The notes beneath the pieces are model-generated. The model did not search any database. It was not told the origin of the DNA and saw only the letters and a list, made by a program, of their open reading frames with translations. A stretch of DNA of 64,000 nucleotides from Blastocladiella emersonii ATCC 22665. Its lineage: Eukaryota; Fungi; Blastocladiomycota. A program made the translations under genes and the position numbers. The stretch is from NCBI GenBank assembly GCA_025594325.1, contig JANHCV010000012.1, positions 62,001 to 126,000 of the forward strand, in the 5' to 3' direction. Shown piece by piece: positions 29,578 through 43,571 of this stretch (within the stretch, counting starts at the first letter, position 1; each line of letters opens with the position of its first letter).

Positions 29578-30459
29578 ATGGACTCGAATGCACCTCTCTC
29601 CGCGCCCGCGGGCCACGACGCCGCGGCGCCCGCACCCGCGCCCACGCAGCCGCTTGACGTGGCGGCAAGAGCGCCTACGGCTCCGACCACCGCATCATCG
29701 GCAGGGTTCACCTACAACGACGACGAGGACGACGAGGACATGGGGTCCATCCTGCCCGGGACGCCCGCGGCGGCGGGAGCAGCGGGCTTGCCGCAGGTCA
29801 AAGAGGACCTGGCGCGCAGCGAGATCAGTCTGGCCGAGCTCGTTGGGCTCATGGACGAGTACAAGCCGCTGGTACGGTTCTTGTGGGATGGGTGGGTAGG
29901 GGTGGGAAGTGCTGATGTGTGTGTGGGTAGATTCCGGACGCCGTGACCGACTACTACCTCGCCAAGTCGGGGTTCAACTGCGACGATGTGCGCGTGTACG
30001 TTGCTCCTCACTCACGGGTGGTTTGCGCAGGCATCCTGCGGCGTACGGCCCATGGTATAGCCCGGTGTCATGCGGCCCTGACAATCGAACGCGCGTGCAT
30101 GCTTGTGCCGTGGACCAAGGGCCGCGGGCCGTGGGTGATCTGCGCAAACCCACCCTTCACTCGGCGGAGGGAGACTCTCACGCTCGATGAATGTAGGAAG
30201 CGGATTCTGGCGCTGGCGGCACAAAAGTTCATTGCCGACGTGGCCACGGACGCCATGCATTTCTGCAAGCTGCGGCAGCAGACGAACCCGGGCGGCGGGC
30301 CGCGCAAGGGCGCCAAGGTACGCCGTTTTGGACGTGGATGGGGAAGCAGTGGACTGACCGCTCGCACGAGAGCAGAAACACGTTCTGTCCATGGACGACC
30401 TGTCGGCGGCGCTGGGCGAGTACGGCGTGACGGTCAAAAAGCCAGAGTACTACTCGTGA
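29578..30459 (+). CDS. TAF10: TFIID subunit TAF10
   Basis: Spliced MDEYKPL/IPDAVTDYYLAKSGF..D.RV/KRILALAAQKFIADVATDAM..K/..VLSMDDLSAALGEYGV.VKKPEYY. Confidence 0.93.
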
Positions 30460-30512
30460 TGGGACCAGTGGAAACCGATGAGGAAATGCACAAACGATTT
30501 GGTATTCAATCT

Positions 30513-31496
30513 TCAGGCCTCGAGACTGAGCTCGTAGAGGCGGCGAGCCTGGAGCGCGATTTCCCGCATCACGTCAGCCTTGAGCAGGTCGGCGACGCGG
30601 TCGTGCACCAGACTGGCCTCGTAGGCGTACACGATCATGGTGTCGGAGATGGCCAGGTCGTTGCGGGCGAGGGCCTGGATGCAGTTGGCGACGCGGGCCA
30701 GGTTGGCGCGCGTGGTGCGCGGGATCGGGTCGTTCTTGGAGCTGTACAGGGTCTCGGTGGCCACGCGCGAGGCGTCAATGGCCGTGATGTCGTTGCCGGT
30801 CGACTCGGTGGCGGGCGCGTCGGCGGGGGTCATGGACACCCAAATGTAGCCGTTGAGGCCGAGGATCACGTCGACGCCGCAGGGGAGCGAGTGGAAGTGC
30901 GACTTGCACCGCTGGATCAGCGAGGGCGGGACGACGACGAGCTGGCCGTTGCGCAGCTTGCCGTACTTTGTGGAGCGGGTGTGCAGGCCGACGGCGTTGT
31001 CCGAGTAGAGCTGCTGGGCCTCGGCGACGAGCAGGTCGCCCTCGGCGAAGAAGGAGCGCATGGCGAGCTCGTCCGACTCGGACTTGCGGCGCTGGACGCC
31101 GCCGGGGAGGTGGATCGAGCTCAGCAGCAGAATGGCGTCCTGGCGCGAGTTGATGTCGACGCGCCACCGCTTGTTGCCGATCTCGGCGACGCGGCCGACG
31201 ACCACGTCGCCGACGTGGCCCGAGTAGCGGGTGCGCAGGGCGCGCACCGTGACCAGCTTGTTGACGCGCTCGACGACGCCGCCCACGCTCGACACGACCG
31301 TCGACTCGCCCTCGGCGTACGCGCCGTGGCCCTTCATGTACTGCGGGTCGGCCGTGATGGTCTCGCCGGGCGTCACCAGGTGCGCGCCCGCGTCGCCGCC
31401 CGTGGCCTCGTCGCGCAGCAGCTGCTGCTTGTCCTCGTCGGCCGACACGCCGCGCAGCTGCTGCGGGATCAGGATCGAGATGTCGATGGCGTCCAT
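30513..31496 (-). CDS. RRP4: Exosome complex subunit Rrp4
   Basis: VTPGETIT..YMKGHG, RY.G.VGDVVVGRV, QDAILLLSSI.LPGGVQRRKSESDEL.MR.FF.EGDL, LHTRS.KYGKLRNG. Confidence 0.95.
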   Translation of the reverse strand: MDAIDISILIPQQLRGVSADEDKQQLLRDEATGGDAGAHLVTPGETITADPQYMKGHGAYAEGESTVVSSVGGVVERVNKLVTVRALRTRYSGHVGDVVVGRVAEIGNKRWRVDINSRQDAILLLSSIHLPGGVQRRKSESDELAMRSFFAEGDLLVAEAQQLYSDNAVGLHTRSTKYGKLRNGQLVVVPPSLIQRCKSHFHSLPCGVDVILGLNGYIWVSMTPADAPATESTGNDITAIDASRVATETLYSSKNDPIPRTTRANLARVANCIQALARNDLAISDTMIVYAYEASLVHDRVADLLKADVMREIALQARRLYELSLEA

Positions 31497-31903
31497 GGTG
31501 CGTTGCTTCGTGTGTGTTCGCGGTTACGTTGTTGGCACGCCGTGGACGAGGTGTGGGATCGGCGGAGCGCCACGCAACGACGCGAGAAGCGCGCGTCAGC
31601 TGCGTGCGCGTGACCCGTCTCGAGGCGACCAAAGAGTGTGGCGCTTTCCAGGGGGGATCGGCCGCCGCCACCGCCACACCCCACTCGCTGCTACCGCTCG
31701 CTGCATCGCCTGCGCTCCCCGGAACGCTCCCGTACCAGCAAAGAATAGACTGGCCACTTGCCGCAACGTATCGAGCCCACCTTCCACCGTCAGATCGCCT
31801 GGTTGCCCCGACGAGCCCCTCGAGAGACCTCGCGCCTTCTCGCCGCCGCCACCTACACTAGACGGACCGCTCTCGTCGCCGGCCGACGAGCCCCGCTGCA
31901 GCC

Positions 31904-34900
31904 ATGGTCGCACCCGTACTTGCTGCCCGTCGCGGGTTACGCGCGGTGCTGGCCCTCTGCGTCGCCCTGACCTTTGTTATTGTCGTCGGGCCGGTTCCCA
32001 CCCTTGCGCAGAACCCGGGCAACCGCCTTCCTCCAACCCCTTCTCCGGCACCGCCTGGCGCGCCCGCTGCACCATCGGCTCCTTCCGCTCCCGTCAACAC
32101 CACGGCCGACATTGTCATCAAGATTGGCCTCGTCATGCCGCTCTCCAACCCGGAGCAGGTCAAGGCCGAGCTGGCCACCACGGGCAAGCAGGCCATCGAG
32201 CTCGCGCTCCGCCAGATTGACCTGCCCATCACCAACAACTCGTACGTCAGCAACGCGCGCGCCCTGCGCCAGCGCGGCGTCACCTTCGAGCTCATCGTCG
32301 CCGACACGTACAAGCCCAACGCGTCGCTCGACTTTATTCTCGGCCGCGATCGCCCGCTGCCCCTCAGCGAGGCCAAAATTACCTCGGCCAACCTGACCGC
32401 GCAGTCCATCGTGTCCACCTTTGACCTGATCCGCCAGGGCGCCGTCGCTCTCATTGGCGACCAGGCCTCGGCTACCACCACGCTGCAGGCCCAGGTCTCG
32501 TCGCGCCTCATGATCCCGCAGTGCAGCTTCTCCGCCGCCCACCCGGACCTCGCCATCAAGGACCTCTACCCGTACTTTTTCCGCACCATCCCATCCAGTA
32601 AGGCTCTCATCGAGGGCTTCTTTCGGTTCCTCGAGAAGAACAACCTGAACCGCTTCGCTCTTCTCTACTCGCTCGAGACCTACGGCAGCGGATTCGCCAA
32701 GGCCTTCCTCTCCTTGGTTGCCGACTACAACGCCAAGAATGCCAAAACGGGCAATACTCTCAGTTATGACCTGTTCACCTTCTGGGAGCAGGGCGAGACC
32801 TCCAACCTCACCCGCTCGCTCAACGCCATCCGCGCCTCGCCCTACTCGGTCGTCCTTGTCGCCTCGGTCAACGAGCCGCAGAAGGCCATCGTCAACGCCA
32901 TCGTCGAGAACCGCCTGTTCCTCCAGCACGACCTCGCTTGGGTTTTCATCAACGAAATCACCACCTTTGCGGCCGCCGCCTTCAACAAGACCACCCCGTA
33001 CGGACCGGCACCGCCGTCCATCGTCGATTACCTCAAGTCCAGTGCCAGTCCACTGCTCGGCTCCTTCTACCTCACCCCGCTCAGCGGCTCCGACTCGGCA
33101 GCCTTCCAGACGTTCCAGTCGCTCTGGACTGCCAACAACCACTCGGCTATAGCTCACAACGAGCCGTTTGCCTTTGACTGCGCCGCCGTTCTCATCGAGG
33201 CCCTGGCCAACTACGTCCTCTCGTCGTCACCGAACCCCGCCGACCAGCTTGCCACCGCGCGCGCCCTCGCTGCCGGCCGTTACCCGCGCGGCCCGCTGCG
33301 TCTCGCCGACTTGAATGCCGTTCGGGCAAATGGCGCGTTCGGGATCATCAACTTCAACGAGATGACGGGCGAGCCCGAGGCCGGATTCGAAGTCTACAAC
33401 TGGCAATCCAATGGCCCGGCTCGGGTCCGCCGCAACGACTCATCGTTGATTTCGGATGCCAATAAGTGGGAGTCGATGGTTTTCCCCAACGGCGAGTCGA
33501 ACTTCAACGACCAGAGCTCGAGTGCCAGTACGCATTAGCTCGCATGCGATTTGCGCCGCACACACGCCGAACGCTGACCATTATTCCACGTGTAGAAATC
33601 ACTATCGAAATCGACACTATGGCCGGCACCGTGCTCGCGGTCTGCTGCGCGCTCGGCGTGGTCGTGTCGCTCGGGTTCCTGGTCATCGTGATCCTCAACC
33701 GGCATACGCCGACGATCCGCGCCATCTCGCCCGTGTTCTGCGCGCTGGTTCTCGTTGGGCTCGCGCTCATGTACGTGGCCATCGGGTTCCAGCTCGCCGT
33801 GTACGGCGATACCATGTGCAACGTGACGCCCGTCACGTCCGTGATCGCGCTCGGGCTCGTCATTGGGAACATCATCGCCAAGAACCAGCGCATCTGGCAG
33901 CTGTTCGGCAGCCCGCTCCTGTTCCGCAACGGACTCCCTGACCACAAGATTATGCGCATCTCGCTCACTATCGTGCTCGTCGATACCATCCTCGCCGTTG
34001 CGTGGGTGGTCACAAAGCCGTTCAAACCCGTGGTCGTCTCCTCGCGCACGTCCAAGTACCAGACGTGCCTGCCGATCACCGGGCCCGTGACCGCCAACGG
34101 GTCCGTGTTCAAGTCGCTGCGCAACACGGACGATACGCTGCCGAGCCTGTACGAGAGCCCCGTGTTCGTGCTCATCTGCGTGTTCAACGGGGCGCTGCTC
34201 ATCTACGCGTCGGTGCTGGCGTGGAACACGCGGCGCATCCCGATCCGCGGGTACAACGAGTCGCGCGCCATCGCCCTGTCCATCTACAACATCATGCTCG
34301 GCGGCGCCATCCTGCTCCCGACCTTCTTCCCGCCCGTCAACGCCCTGTACCAGGTCGCCTTTGGGCTGCGGTCCATGGTCATGCTGTTCTGCGCCACCTT
34401 TGCCCTCTTCGTCTTCTTCCTCCCGCCCATCTACCTCCTGTGGCTCGACCGGTCCCAGGGCGACTCGATCAACATCACCGCGCCCATGTCCAACGACCGC
34501 GGGAATAACAACACGGGCGACGCCAACCCCAACTCGGGCATCGCGTACGTCTCGGGCACGGGCAGCGGCGTCGACCACGGCGCCGGCACCAAGGCGCGCT
34601 CGCGGTCCAATGCCGTCGGCGAGCAGCAGCCCGGGTCCGACGTGAACGTCGACCGGCTGGTCCCGCTCGCCTCGGTCCCGTACGGCTCGACGGTGCCCGC
34701 AACGACGGGTCCCGCGGGTAGCGGGACGCTCCGCCACCGCGGCCCAGGGCGACACACCCGTGACCCGCTCAAGATCACGCACCGTCCCGAGACCGGGTCT
34801 GAGACGCTCGAGGGCGTGCTGGTCATGAAGCGGTCGCACCGCATCACGAGCGTGTTCCAGCGCATGTTCGGGCGCGTCCTCAACCGGTGGCAGATCGTGT

Positions 34901-35565
34901 ACGTGACGCTGGTTCCGCACCAGCGGCTCCTGACGGTTGTCGAGCGCGACGTCAAGGCCGCCAGCGGCGGCGACGCTATCACATCGCTCGACCCGCGCCA
35001 CGGCGGCGCCGGCGCTATGGGCGAGCCCACCGAGTACCACTCGTTCGTCTACGTCGCAGTCCGCGGGCCCATGGACGCCGCCCGCGAGCAGTTCCAGCAC
35101 CACGACCGCATGCGCGCGACTCACCTGCTCCCGTCCCGGAGCCTGTACGAGAACACGGGCGGCGGGTCGGCGGACCCGGCGCAGCACCACCAGCAGGCGA
35201 TGCCGATGCCGCCGGCGCTCACCCCGCCCGCGCCCGCGTACGCGTCGCTCGAGCGCACCGCGACGGCGTCGAGCATGGACGCGCTGCCGCGGCTCAACAC
35301 CAAGGCGGGGATCCAGCGGCACGCGTCCGTGATCGACTTTGACGCGGCGACCCCGCCGCCGCCGCTGCCGTCAAACGTCAAGGTCAACCCGTGCCAGTTC
35401 GTGGTGTGCACGATGCACTACGACTACCTGTTCGAGACCGAGACGCCCGAGGAGACAACGCAGTGGGTCGCAGTGCTCAAGCGCGCGCTCGTCGCGGGCG
35501 GAAACACGCACATGGCGTCGGGCGGCGGTGGGGGTGGGCCGCCGAGCTTCCCCGAGGCCGCGTGA
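31904..35565 (+). CDS. Class C (GABA-B/mGluR-like) GPCR: signal peptide, Venus-flytrap domain, 7TM and a C-terminal split PH-like domain
   Basis: ANF-receptor motif IPQCSFSA..P.L..K..YPYFFRTIPS. 7tm_3 motifs (IRAISPVFC, KNQRIWQLF, LAWNTRRIP..YNESRAIALSIYN, FFLPPIY). One intron at 33528-33595. Confidence 0.88.
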
Positions 35566-35812
35566 GCCAGCGGCAGTTTTGATTACCAGCGGGCATCGAT
35601 GATTGATACATCCGCGACCAATTTTGTGTGTGACTCGGTCGACGCGGTGAGGGGAGCGAGGCAGGGAGCAAAACCCGGTTCATGCATTTACAAGCGAGGG
35701 AAGGGGAGGGGAGAGCGAGGGCATAGTGTGTGCGACACGCGCAGGAGGGCAGGGGGTAGGGAGAGTGCCACGGGTTGGTCGTGGTCGCAGTCGCAGGCGC
35801 GCAGCGACCCGT

Positions 35813-37018
<1,206 letters not shown>

Positions 37019-38229
37019 GGCGGTGATGGGCTGGTAGTGGTAGTCGGTGGGGTCGGATCCGCCTCAGGGGTCGGCGAGACGAGGGCGGGGACCCGAATGT
37101 GGGATCACCGAGAGTAGTCGACGCGCGGGAAGCGGCTGCGGGACAGCGAGTACGCGGGTGCGACGGCGGCAGCAATGGGCCGAGTGTAGTGCAGAGGCGG
37201 CGGGACGCGGTCGGGCTGACGCGGTCGCGGTCGTGGAGTCGATGCGTAGCAGGTGGCGGGCGCGAGGGCGGCGGGTAGCGCGCGAGTGCGGCGCGGCGTG
37301 CTTGATATCGTGGATGGGTGCGGTTGCAGCGGGCGGCAGGGCAGGTCGGCGAGTCAAAAGTGTCGGCCGGATCAAGCGGGCGGATCGCGAAATGAGGTGT
37401 GGCGGCGGCATCACGCGTCCGTCAGGTGACATTCAGGTGCGCCGCGCACGTGTGCCTCTCACGCGTCGCGCGCGCTGGGGGACACGGACGCGCGCGCGGG
37501 CGAGAGAGGCAGGCCGAATTCGCGCGATCCGCTATCTCGCTGAACAATTATTCCTGGCTGGCTGGCTGCCGGCACACGCACACGCACACGCGCGCCCGCC
37601 CGCACGCGTCCCGCCCCGCCCCGCCCGTCCCCCCCTCGCCACCCACGCGTCGCCGCCGCCGCCATCTCCGCCTCCTTTCCCTCTCGCTCTGCCCGCCGAA
37701 CGCCTACCACACCCCGACCCGGCTGCCATCGGAACCGCCCGCACTCGCTCGCGCGCGCCACCAAGGTCGCCACCCGCTCTCCTCCCTCCCGCCCGACCAC
37801 CACCTGCCCCGATACAGCAGCTCCCCGCACTCGACTCGATTGCCGCGGGCGCCTGCACTCGCATACCCGCCCTACCCGCACCACCTGCACCGCCACCGCC
37901 CGCTCCCCGACGCGCGGCACCCGTCTCGATCGCACTCGGCCCCGCCCCCGTCTCGATCGGTCGACCTCGACGCCACGGTTCTCGAACCTGCCCTCCATCG
38001 AATCGGTACGCCTGCCCGAACGACGGGCCCGGCCGGTGACCGCAAGACTGACCTTCGACCCGCCCTCCCGCGTGTAGCCTAAACTCGACGCGCGCGTGAA
38101 CCCGTCTGTCGCCCACCACCGCCGACACGCGAGTCGCTCGCCCGCCAACCCCATCGTCGGCTACTTCCACCACCCCTCCCACCTCGCCTCGGTCCCCTCC
38201 CACCTGCACCACCCGCACCCGCCACCACC

Positions 38230-39598
38230 ATGGGCTGCCTCCAGTCGGTCGAGTCGCGAGAGCGCAAGGCCGTCAACGACCAGATCGAGCAGCAGCTCAA
38301 GGACGCGCGCATGCAGGCCCAGAAGGAGGTCAAGATGCTGCTGCTCGGCGCCGGCGAGTCGGGCAAGTCGACCATCCTCAAGCAGATGCAGCTCATCCAC
38401 GGCGTCGGCTACAGCGACGAGGAGCGCCTCGCCTACAAGGAGATCATCTACAGCAACGTCATCCAGTCCATGAAGGTGATTCTCGAGGCCATGGAGATGC
38501 TCGGCATCCCGCTCGGTGACGAGGCCAACGCCCCGCAGCGCACCCTCATCGACGACCAGCCCCCGCAGATCGAGGGCGACACGCTCGCACCCGAGATCTC
38601 GGCCGCCGTCCGCACCCTGTGGCAGGACTCGGGCGTCCAGGCCTGCTTCCTGCGCTCGCGCGAGTACCAGCTCAACGACTCGGCCAAATAGTACGTTTTC
38701 CTCGCGTGTCTTTGGGTCGAAACCATGTCACTGACCCGTTACCCCCACGCGTAGCTACTTCGAGGCCATCGACCGCCTCGCCGACCCGGCCTTCAAGCCG
38801 ACGGACCAGGACATTCTGCGGTCGCGTGTCAAGACCACGGGCATTGTCGAGACCACGTTCCGCATCCAGGAGCTCACGTACCGGTACACGTCTACGACGG
38901 GATCACCTCGTCAGACCCGATCCACTCACGCCCAATTCATGTAGCATGTTCGACGTGGGCGGCCAGCGGTCGGAGCGCAAGAAGTGGATCCACTGCTTCG
39001 AGAACGTGACGGCCATCGTGTTCCTGGTCGCCATCTCCGAGTACGACCAGGTGCTGGTCGAGGACGAGACGGTCAACCGCATGCAGGAGGCCATGACGCT
39101 CTTCGACAGCATCTGCAACTCGCGGTGGTTTGTCAAGACGTCCATCATCCTTTTCCTCAACAAGATCGACCTGTTCAAGGACAAGATCCTGCGCTCGCCC
39201 ATCAGCAAGTTCTTCCCCGACTACGCCGGCGACACCAACTACGACGCGGCGTGCCAGTTCTTCCTCGACAAGTTCCAGGGCCTCAACCAGACCCCCGACA
39301 GCAAGCAGATCTACGCCCACTTTACCTGGTACGATCTCCCTGTTCTCGTCGCGATGCTCGCCGCCCCCGCCTGTCGACACTTTGACTTGGGTCCCGTACC
39401 CTACCTTCATCATCGGACACCCCCACCCACCTATCCCCACACCCTACACCGCGCCCTCCGAGAAATATCGGACCAGAACTCACGAAATCGCCCTTTTTAT
39501 GATGCAGCGGCACCGATACGACCCAGATCAAATTTGTGATGGCGGCCGTGAACGATATCATCATCAAGAAGAACCTCGAGGACTGCGGCCTGCTCTGA
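38230..39598 (+). CDS. GPA1: Heterotrimeric G protein alpha subunit (Gi/o-like, fungal group I)
   Basis: MGC N-terminus, [46 protein letters not shown] and C-terminal DCGLL. Three introns. Confidence 0.95.
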
Positions 39599-40013
39599 AC
39601 CTGCCCCCCTCGTCGTTGTTGTTGTTGTCGGGTGGGTGGGTGGGTGGTTGTCGTCCTTGGCGGTCGTCAGTCGCGACCATGGTCGGCGGCCAGCCATCTC
39701 ACCTCGCCTATTCCCTCCCTCTCTCTGCTCCCCCGTCCCGTTGTCGTCTACCAAACCCAACCGTCTCTGTCTCTCACTGCCATAAATAAATACAGCTTGC
39801 TCTCATTTATACCTTGCGTTGTTGTGGTGGCTGAACTCTGTATGCGCTTTCAGGCCAGTTGACTCGCATTGGCGAGGTGATCACGTACACGTGAGTGGCG
39901 CGACGCGCCCCCGGCCGGCCGTCGCCCACACGGGTGACTGGGATGCCGACCACTGAGCTTGCGGATGTCTGCGCAGAAACCTCGCACCACGTCTCATGTG
40001 AAAGAAGCCGTTA

Positions 40014-41408
40014 ATGCGAGCGCCGATCCGCGTCAACCAACGATGACGAAATGACAGACCGCTCGTTGCCCTCACGGCAAACCCGAGGCTGCAAGAACGG
40101 ATCAGTTGAACCGAGCGGTGCGAGCAGCATGATTTCACCATTGTGCGCGCTATCGCCATCTTAATAGCATGACGGAGTTTGGGCGGTTGCCACACGTGTC
40201 GCGTAACAGCACCCGCACCATAGAGCAACGACAAACGACGAGGGATACTGCTTGGAACATGGGGTGCATGGTAAGCATGTCGCGGTGGGCAACTGACTAA
40301 TTTGTGGGGAGTGCGAAGGAGGCACACGCCACATCACGTCATGGCCATAACTGACGGTACCGGCTCCCTAAGACGATGAAGCTCGTGCGGCGGCAAGTCC
40401 GAACCAATTGCTGCGGCCGAACTTCAACCTTGGACAATCGATACTGCTGATTCCGCGAGAGCTGAGTTGGAAGTCACCGTGATGGTGGTAGGGGTCATGG
40501 GGATGGCCGAAACGCGAGTCGCCCGGCGGCTCGCTTCACAGGCTGACCCTGCCGCAGTTTGACGAGTACTCTCGATGCAGAGGTGCCTCTGAATCAGGGC
40601 AACACGATGCAGGGTGGCTGATGACACAAACCATTGGTTGTCGGGCAGGATCGGCTAAAAAAATGGGATTGTGACCTCGGGCGACTTCCCGCGGCCTCTG
40701 CCGAGCTCGGAACGACAAAATAAATACCGGAAGTAAACTTCTGATCCTCATCGAACATCAAAAAGGTCCTGCCGAGATTCGAACTCGGGTTTCCGCATTC
40801 AAAGTGCGGGGTGATAGGCCACTACACTACAGGACCGACGTCCCTCATCTTTCATGATAGTTTGATTTTAGCGCCATATTTTAACGGCGGAACGATTAAG
40901 TTGACCGTCTGTGTACAGCGGCTGTTTTCCCGTCGCCAGTTCGATCAAAGTCTGCGATGCTTACAATTTCACGACAGGTCCGCCCAGACAGCGGCTTGTC
41001 GATTTCAAGGGTTAGAAAGTTCTCTCAGACCCTACCTCACCGCGAACGGGCTCCGTCGCCACTCTACCGGACGGGCGGCAGCGCAAGTCAACCAAGCGCG
41101 ACAGTCTAGTCCGCGTGCTCAAGGTGCTTGTATGCAGTTGTTTGCTCGAATCTGCGCTAGCTGTACAAGCACCGGCTTTGGAAGACGGTCAGCGACAAGA
41201 GAGATCGTGGCCATCATCAACCGTGTGACCAACAACCAACAAGTTCCACGGCGTCAAGATTTTCCCGCGGTCAACGTGGTGTCCAACACATCGCAATGAC
41301 CTCTTTGCTCACACTGATGAGTCAAGGCTCATGATGCGGCGTTTTTTTTTTCGCCCGTCCTTCTGCTTGACTCGCCGCCGTGCCGAGCAAACTGCTCACT
41401 CTCCCGCT
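40014..41408. repeat. Left arm of a 1395-bp inverted repeat
   Basis: Reverse complement of 47358-48752. All landmarks checked (both ends, both tRNA ends) sum to 88766, so there are no indels. Predicted ORF translations in the two arms are identical. Confidence 0.95.
40764..40836 (-). tRNA. tRNA-Gln (anticodon TTG)
   Basis: Cloverleaf: acceptor GGTCCTG/CAGGACC, anticodon stem CCGCA/TGCGG with loop CTTTGAA, T arm CCGAG-TTCGAAT-CTCGG, followed by an oligo-T terminator. Confidence 0.95.
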
Positions 41409-41459
41409 GCGCGGGTGCCACTGCATCGCTGACCCGCTCAACGGGGGGAGGTACTCAAT

Positions 41460-42200
41460 TGATGCAGCATTTTAAATGCCCCCCTAGTTCCCCGCAATGT
41501 GTAATCAATCTCCGTTCCTCGTCATCGAATGCCTCTTCAAGGAGAGCTGGCTTTGAACGTCGCGGTGCGGGGCTTTGCCCAAGCCATAGGCGTGCGACCT
41601 TGAAGCTCTCGTTTCGTCACGTTACAGTCACACTTTTCGCCGATGACATCACCCCCCGTGTCGCGTTGCGCCACTTCGCTTCGGCTTCCTCTTCCGCTCC
41701 GCTCCCCTCCCGTTTACTCCCCTCAACAAATGTAGCTTTCACTCTATGCAATGGATTCCATAAAACATGAATTTGACGGCAGGCCGGTCCTGCCCCACCC
41801 CGGCGCGACGTGCTGTGCTCAACTCGACCGTTGACTTGAGTATTCCGTTCGCATCGCATTTGCACTCTGCTCTTGTGACTGCACGAGTGCTGCTTAGGCG
41901 AACTCGTTAGTGGAGAAGCACGTCGCGGGATACTTTAATGTTGCCTGAGCTTGCAGTACCTTGTCCCCCAAGGTGACCCAAGCTCGAAAATCCTGCTCTT
42001 TGCGTTTTTATCCTTCCCCTGGTGTCTATGGACGCGCTATTCGTGCGCCGCCGCCGCCACCGCCACTACACCGCCGTTGTGCCCGCCAGGCGTAGCGTCG
42101 CGTCGCGTTGCGTCGCGTCTTGGTTACTTGCCGCAGGAAGTCGCGCTGAGCGACGTGGTGCGACGAACTCGCATGAACCCTCGCAACGGGAAGCTAGGCC
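41460..42200 (+). pseudogene. Degenerate non-LTR retrotransposon reverse-transcriptase fragment
   Basis: Across frameshifts the order is CP..SP..FLVIECL, VTLFADDIT, GF..KT, then LVPKV and DALF..R..LGYLP. This resembles RT motifs 4-7 and the thumb region, with many stops. Confidence 0.45.
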
Positions 42201-43571
42201 GTATCTCTGCCTCGGAGGTATAGGACGCGAACTCTGTTACGAGCGGGGCACGCATCTAGCTTCGTTCCAGCGCAAGCACCTGCGGCTCGGATGCTATGCT
42301 GCTGACCGCTTATGACCCCGGCCGTTGCCGCCTGCACAGCGGCGGAACGTGCAATCGATCTGCTAGAACGCCTTGTCGGCGAGCCCTATTCAATGCGCGT
42401 CGCGATTCATCATAGCCTTCGACATTGTTAACAGGCTCTCCGTACCCGCCCGCCAACCACTGCGTTGCGCAGCTGAAGGCGAGTGAAAGTCGGCTGAACA
42501 GGCCGTCGCGGCTGCGGTTGCGATCGCTGATCCCACCCTCCCACCAACGGCGTCAGCACAAGCTTGACAATCCTCACGTTCTTGAGGTTTCGCGCGACGA
42601 TGAGGATCGCTGCTTCGGCAAGTTTTATCTGGCGAATGAGAACGAGACGAAGCTCCTCTGCTCATGCGTGCATCTTGACGCACATTATGTTCATTGGCGC
42701 CCAAGTGTCTCGCGTCGCCTTCAACAACGCCCCGTGGGCACCGTAACGCGCTTCAACCTTTTGCGATCCTTCCACCATGGGTCCGCTTCATTTGAGCCCT
42801 GATGTTCCGTGTCCAGGGAGGCGAGCTCGCTCGAGACCTCAAGCTGGATCATAGCGTGCGACGCGAACGGCATCATTGTTGGCTGCTTTCTGAGTGGAAC
42901 ATCGACGCGTTAGTCGAGATCATGCTGTTGTGAGCAAGTGGCTCGTCTTGACGCGTTCGTCACACATCCGACCTCAGTTGCCCCGAGCATACAGCGGCTG
43001 CGCGCTACGTGCGCGTATGCTACGCTGAGGCGTTTTTGAGGGTACTCGGCGCCTACAATCAAAACGCGCTAGCGCTCCATCAAGGGCACCATCACTGAAG
43101 CGTGACTGGCCGCGTCTGTGTGCGCGTGAGCGCCACTCGCTGCACAGAGAGCCGCTACCGAAGTCGAAGGGCAATCCGTTTGGCGACCTTCAGCTTGCGC
43201 TGTCACGTCCTATGTCGACTTGATCCAGCTCAAGAACAGGAAAGTGAGCAAAAGCGAGAAGTAGGCGTGCTGCGACGGCCCCAACACGTGGTTCTGACGC
43301 GTCGCAACTCTTACTTTCGAGTCCCTTTGAGTACTGCAAGTCTGAAGCATGATCTCAGTCCGCGCTACATCTGAAGCGAGCTCTGTGTCTCCCACTTCAT
43401 GAATCATGCAGTTCTTTGTATCACACGTCGCGGGCGCTTCAGTCGCGCCAGGTGATCGCGGCGAGAGGGCACTTGGGCAAAGCCCCGCACAGTTGACACC
43501 CGAACGGAGTGAGTGGTGGAGGTACTGGCAATGAGGCGAAATCGAACGCGTGAGCAACGCGTTCTGAAACG

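Noticed and set aside
41312-41351. CTGATGAG followed by a short hairpin and T10 (hammerhead ribozyme or C/D snoRNA?)
   Set aside because: No GAAA core strand after stem II and no terminal box D (CTGA).
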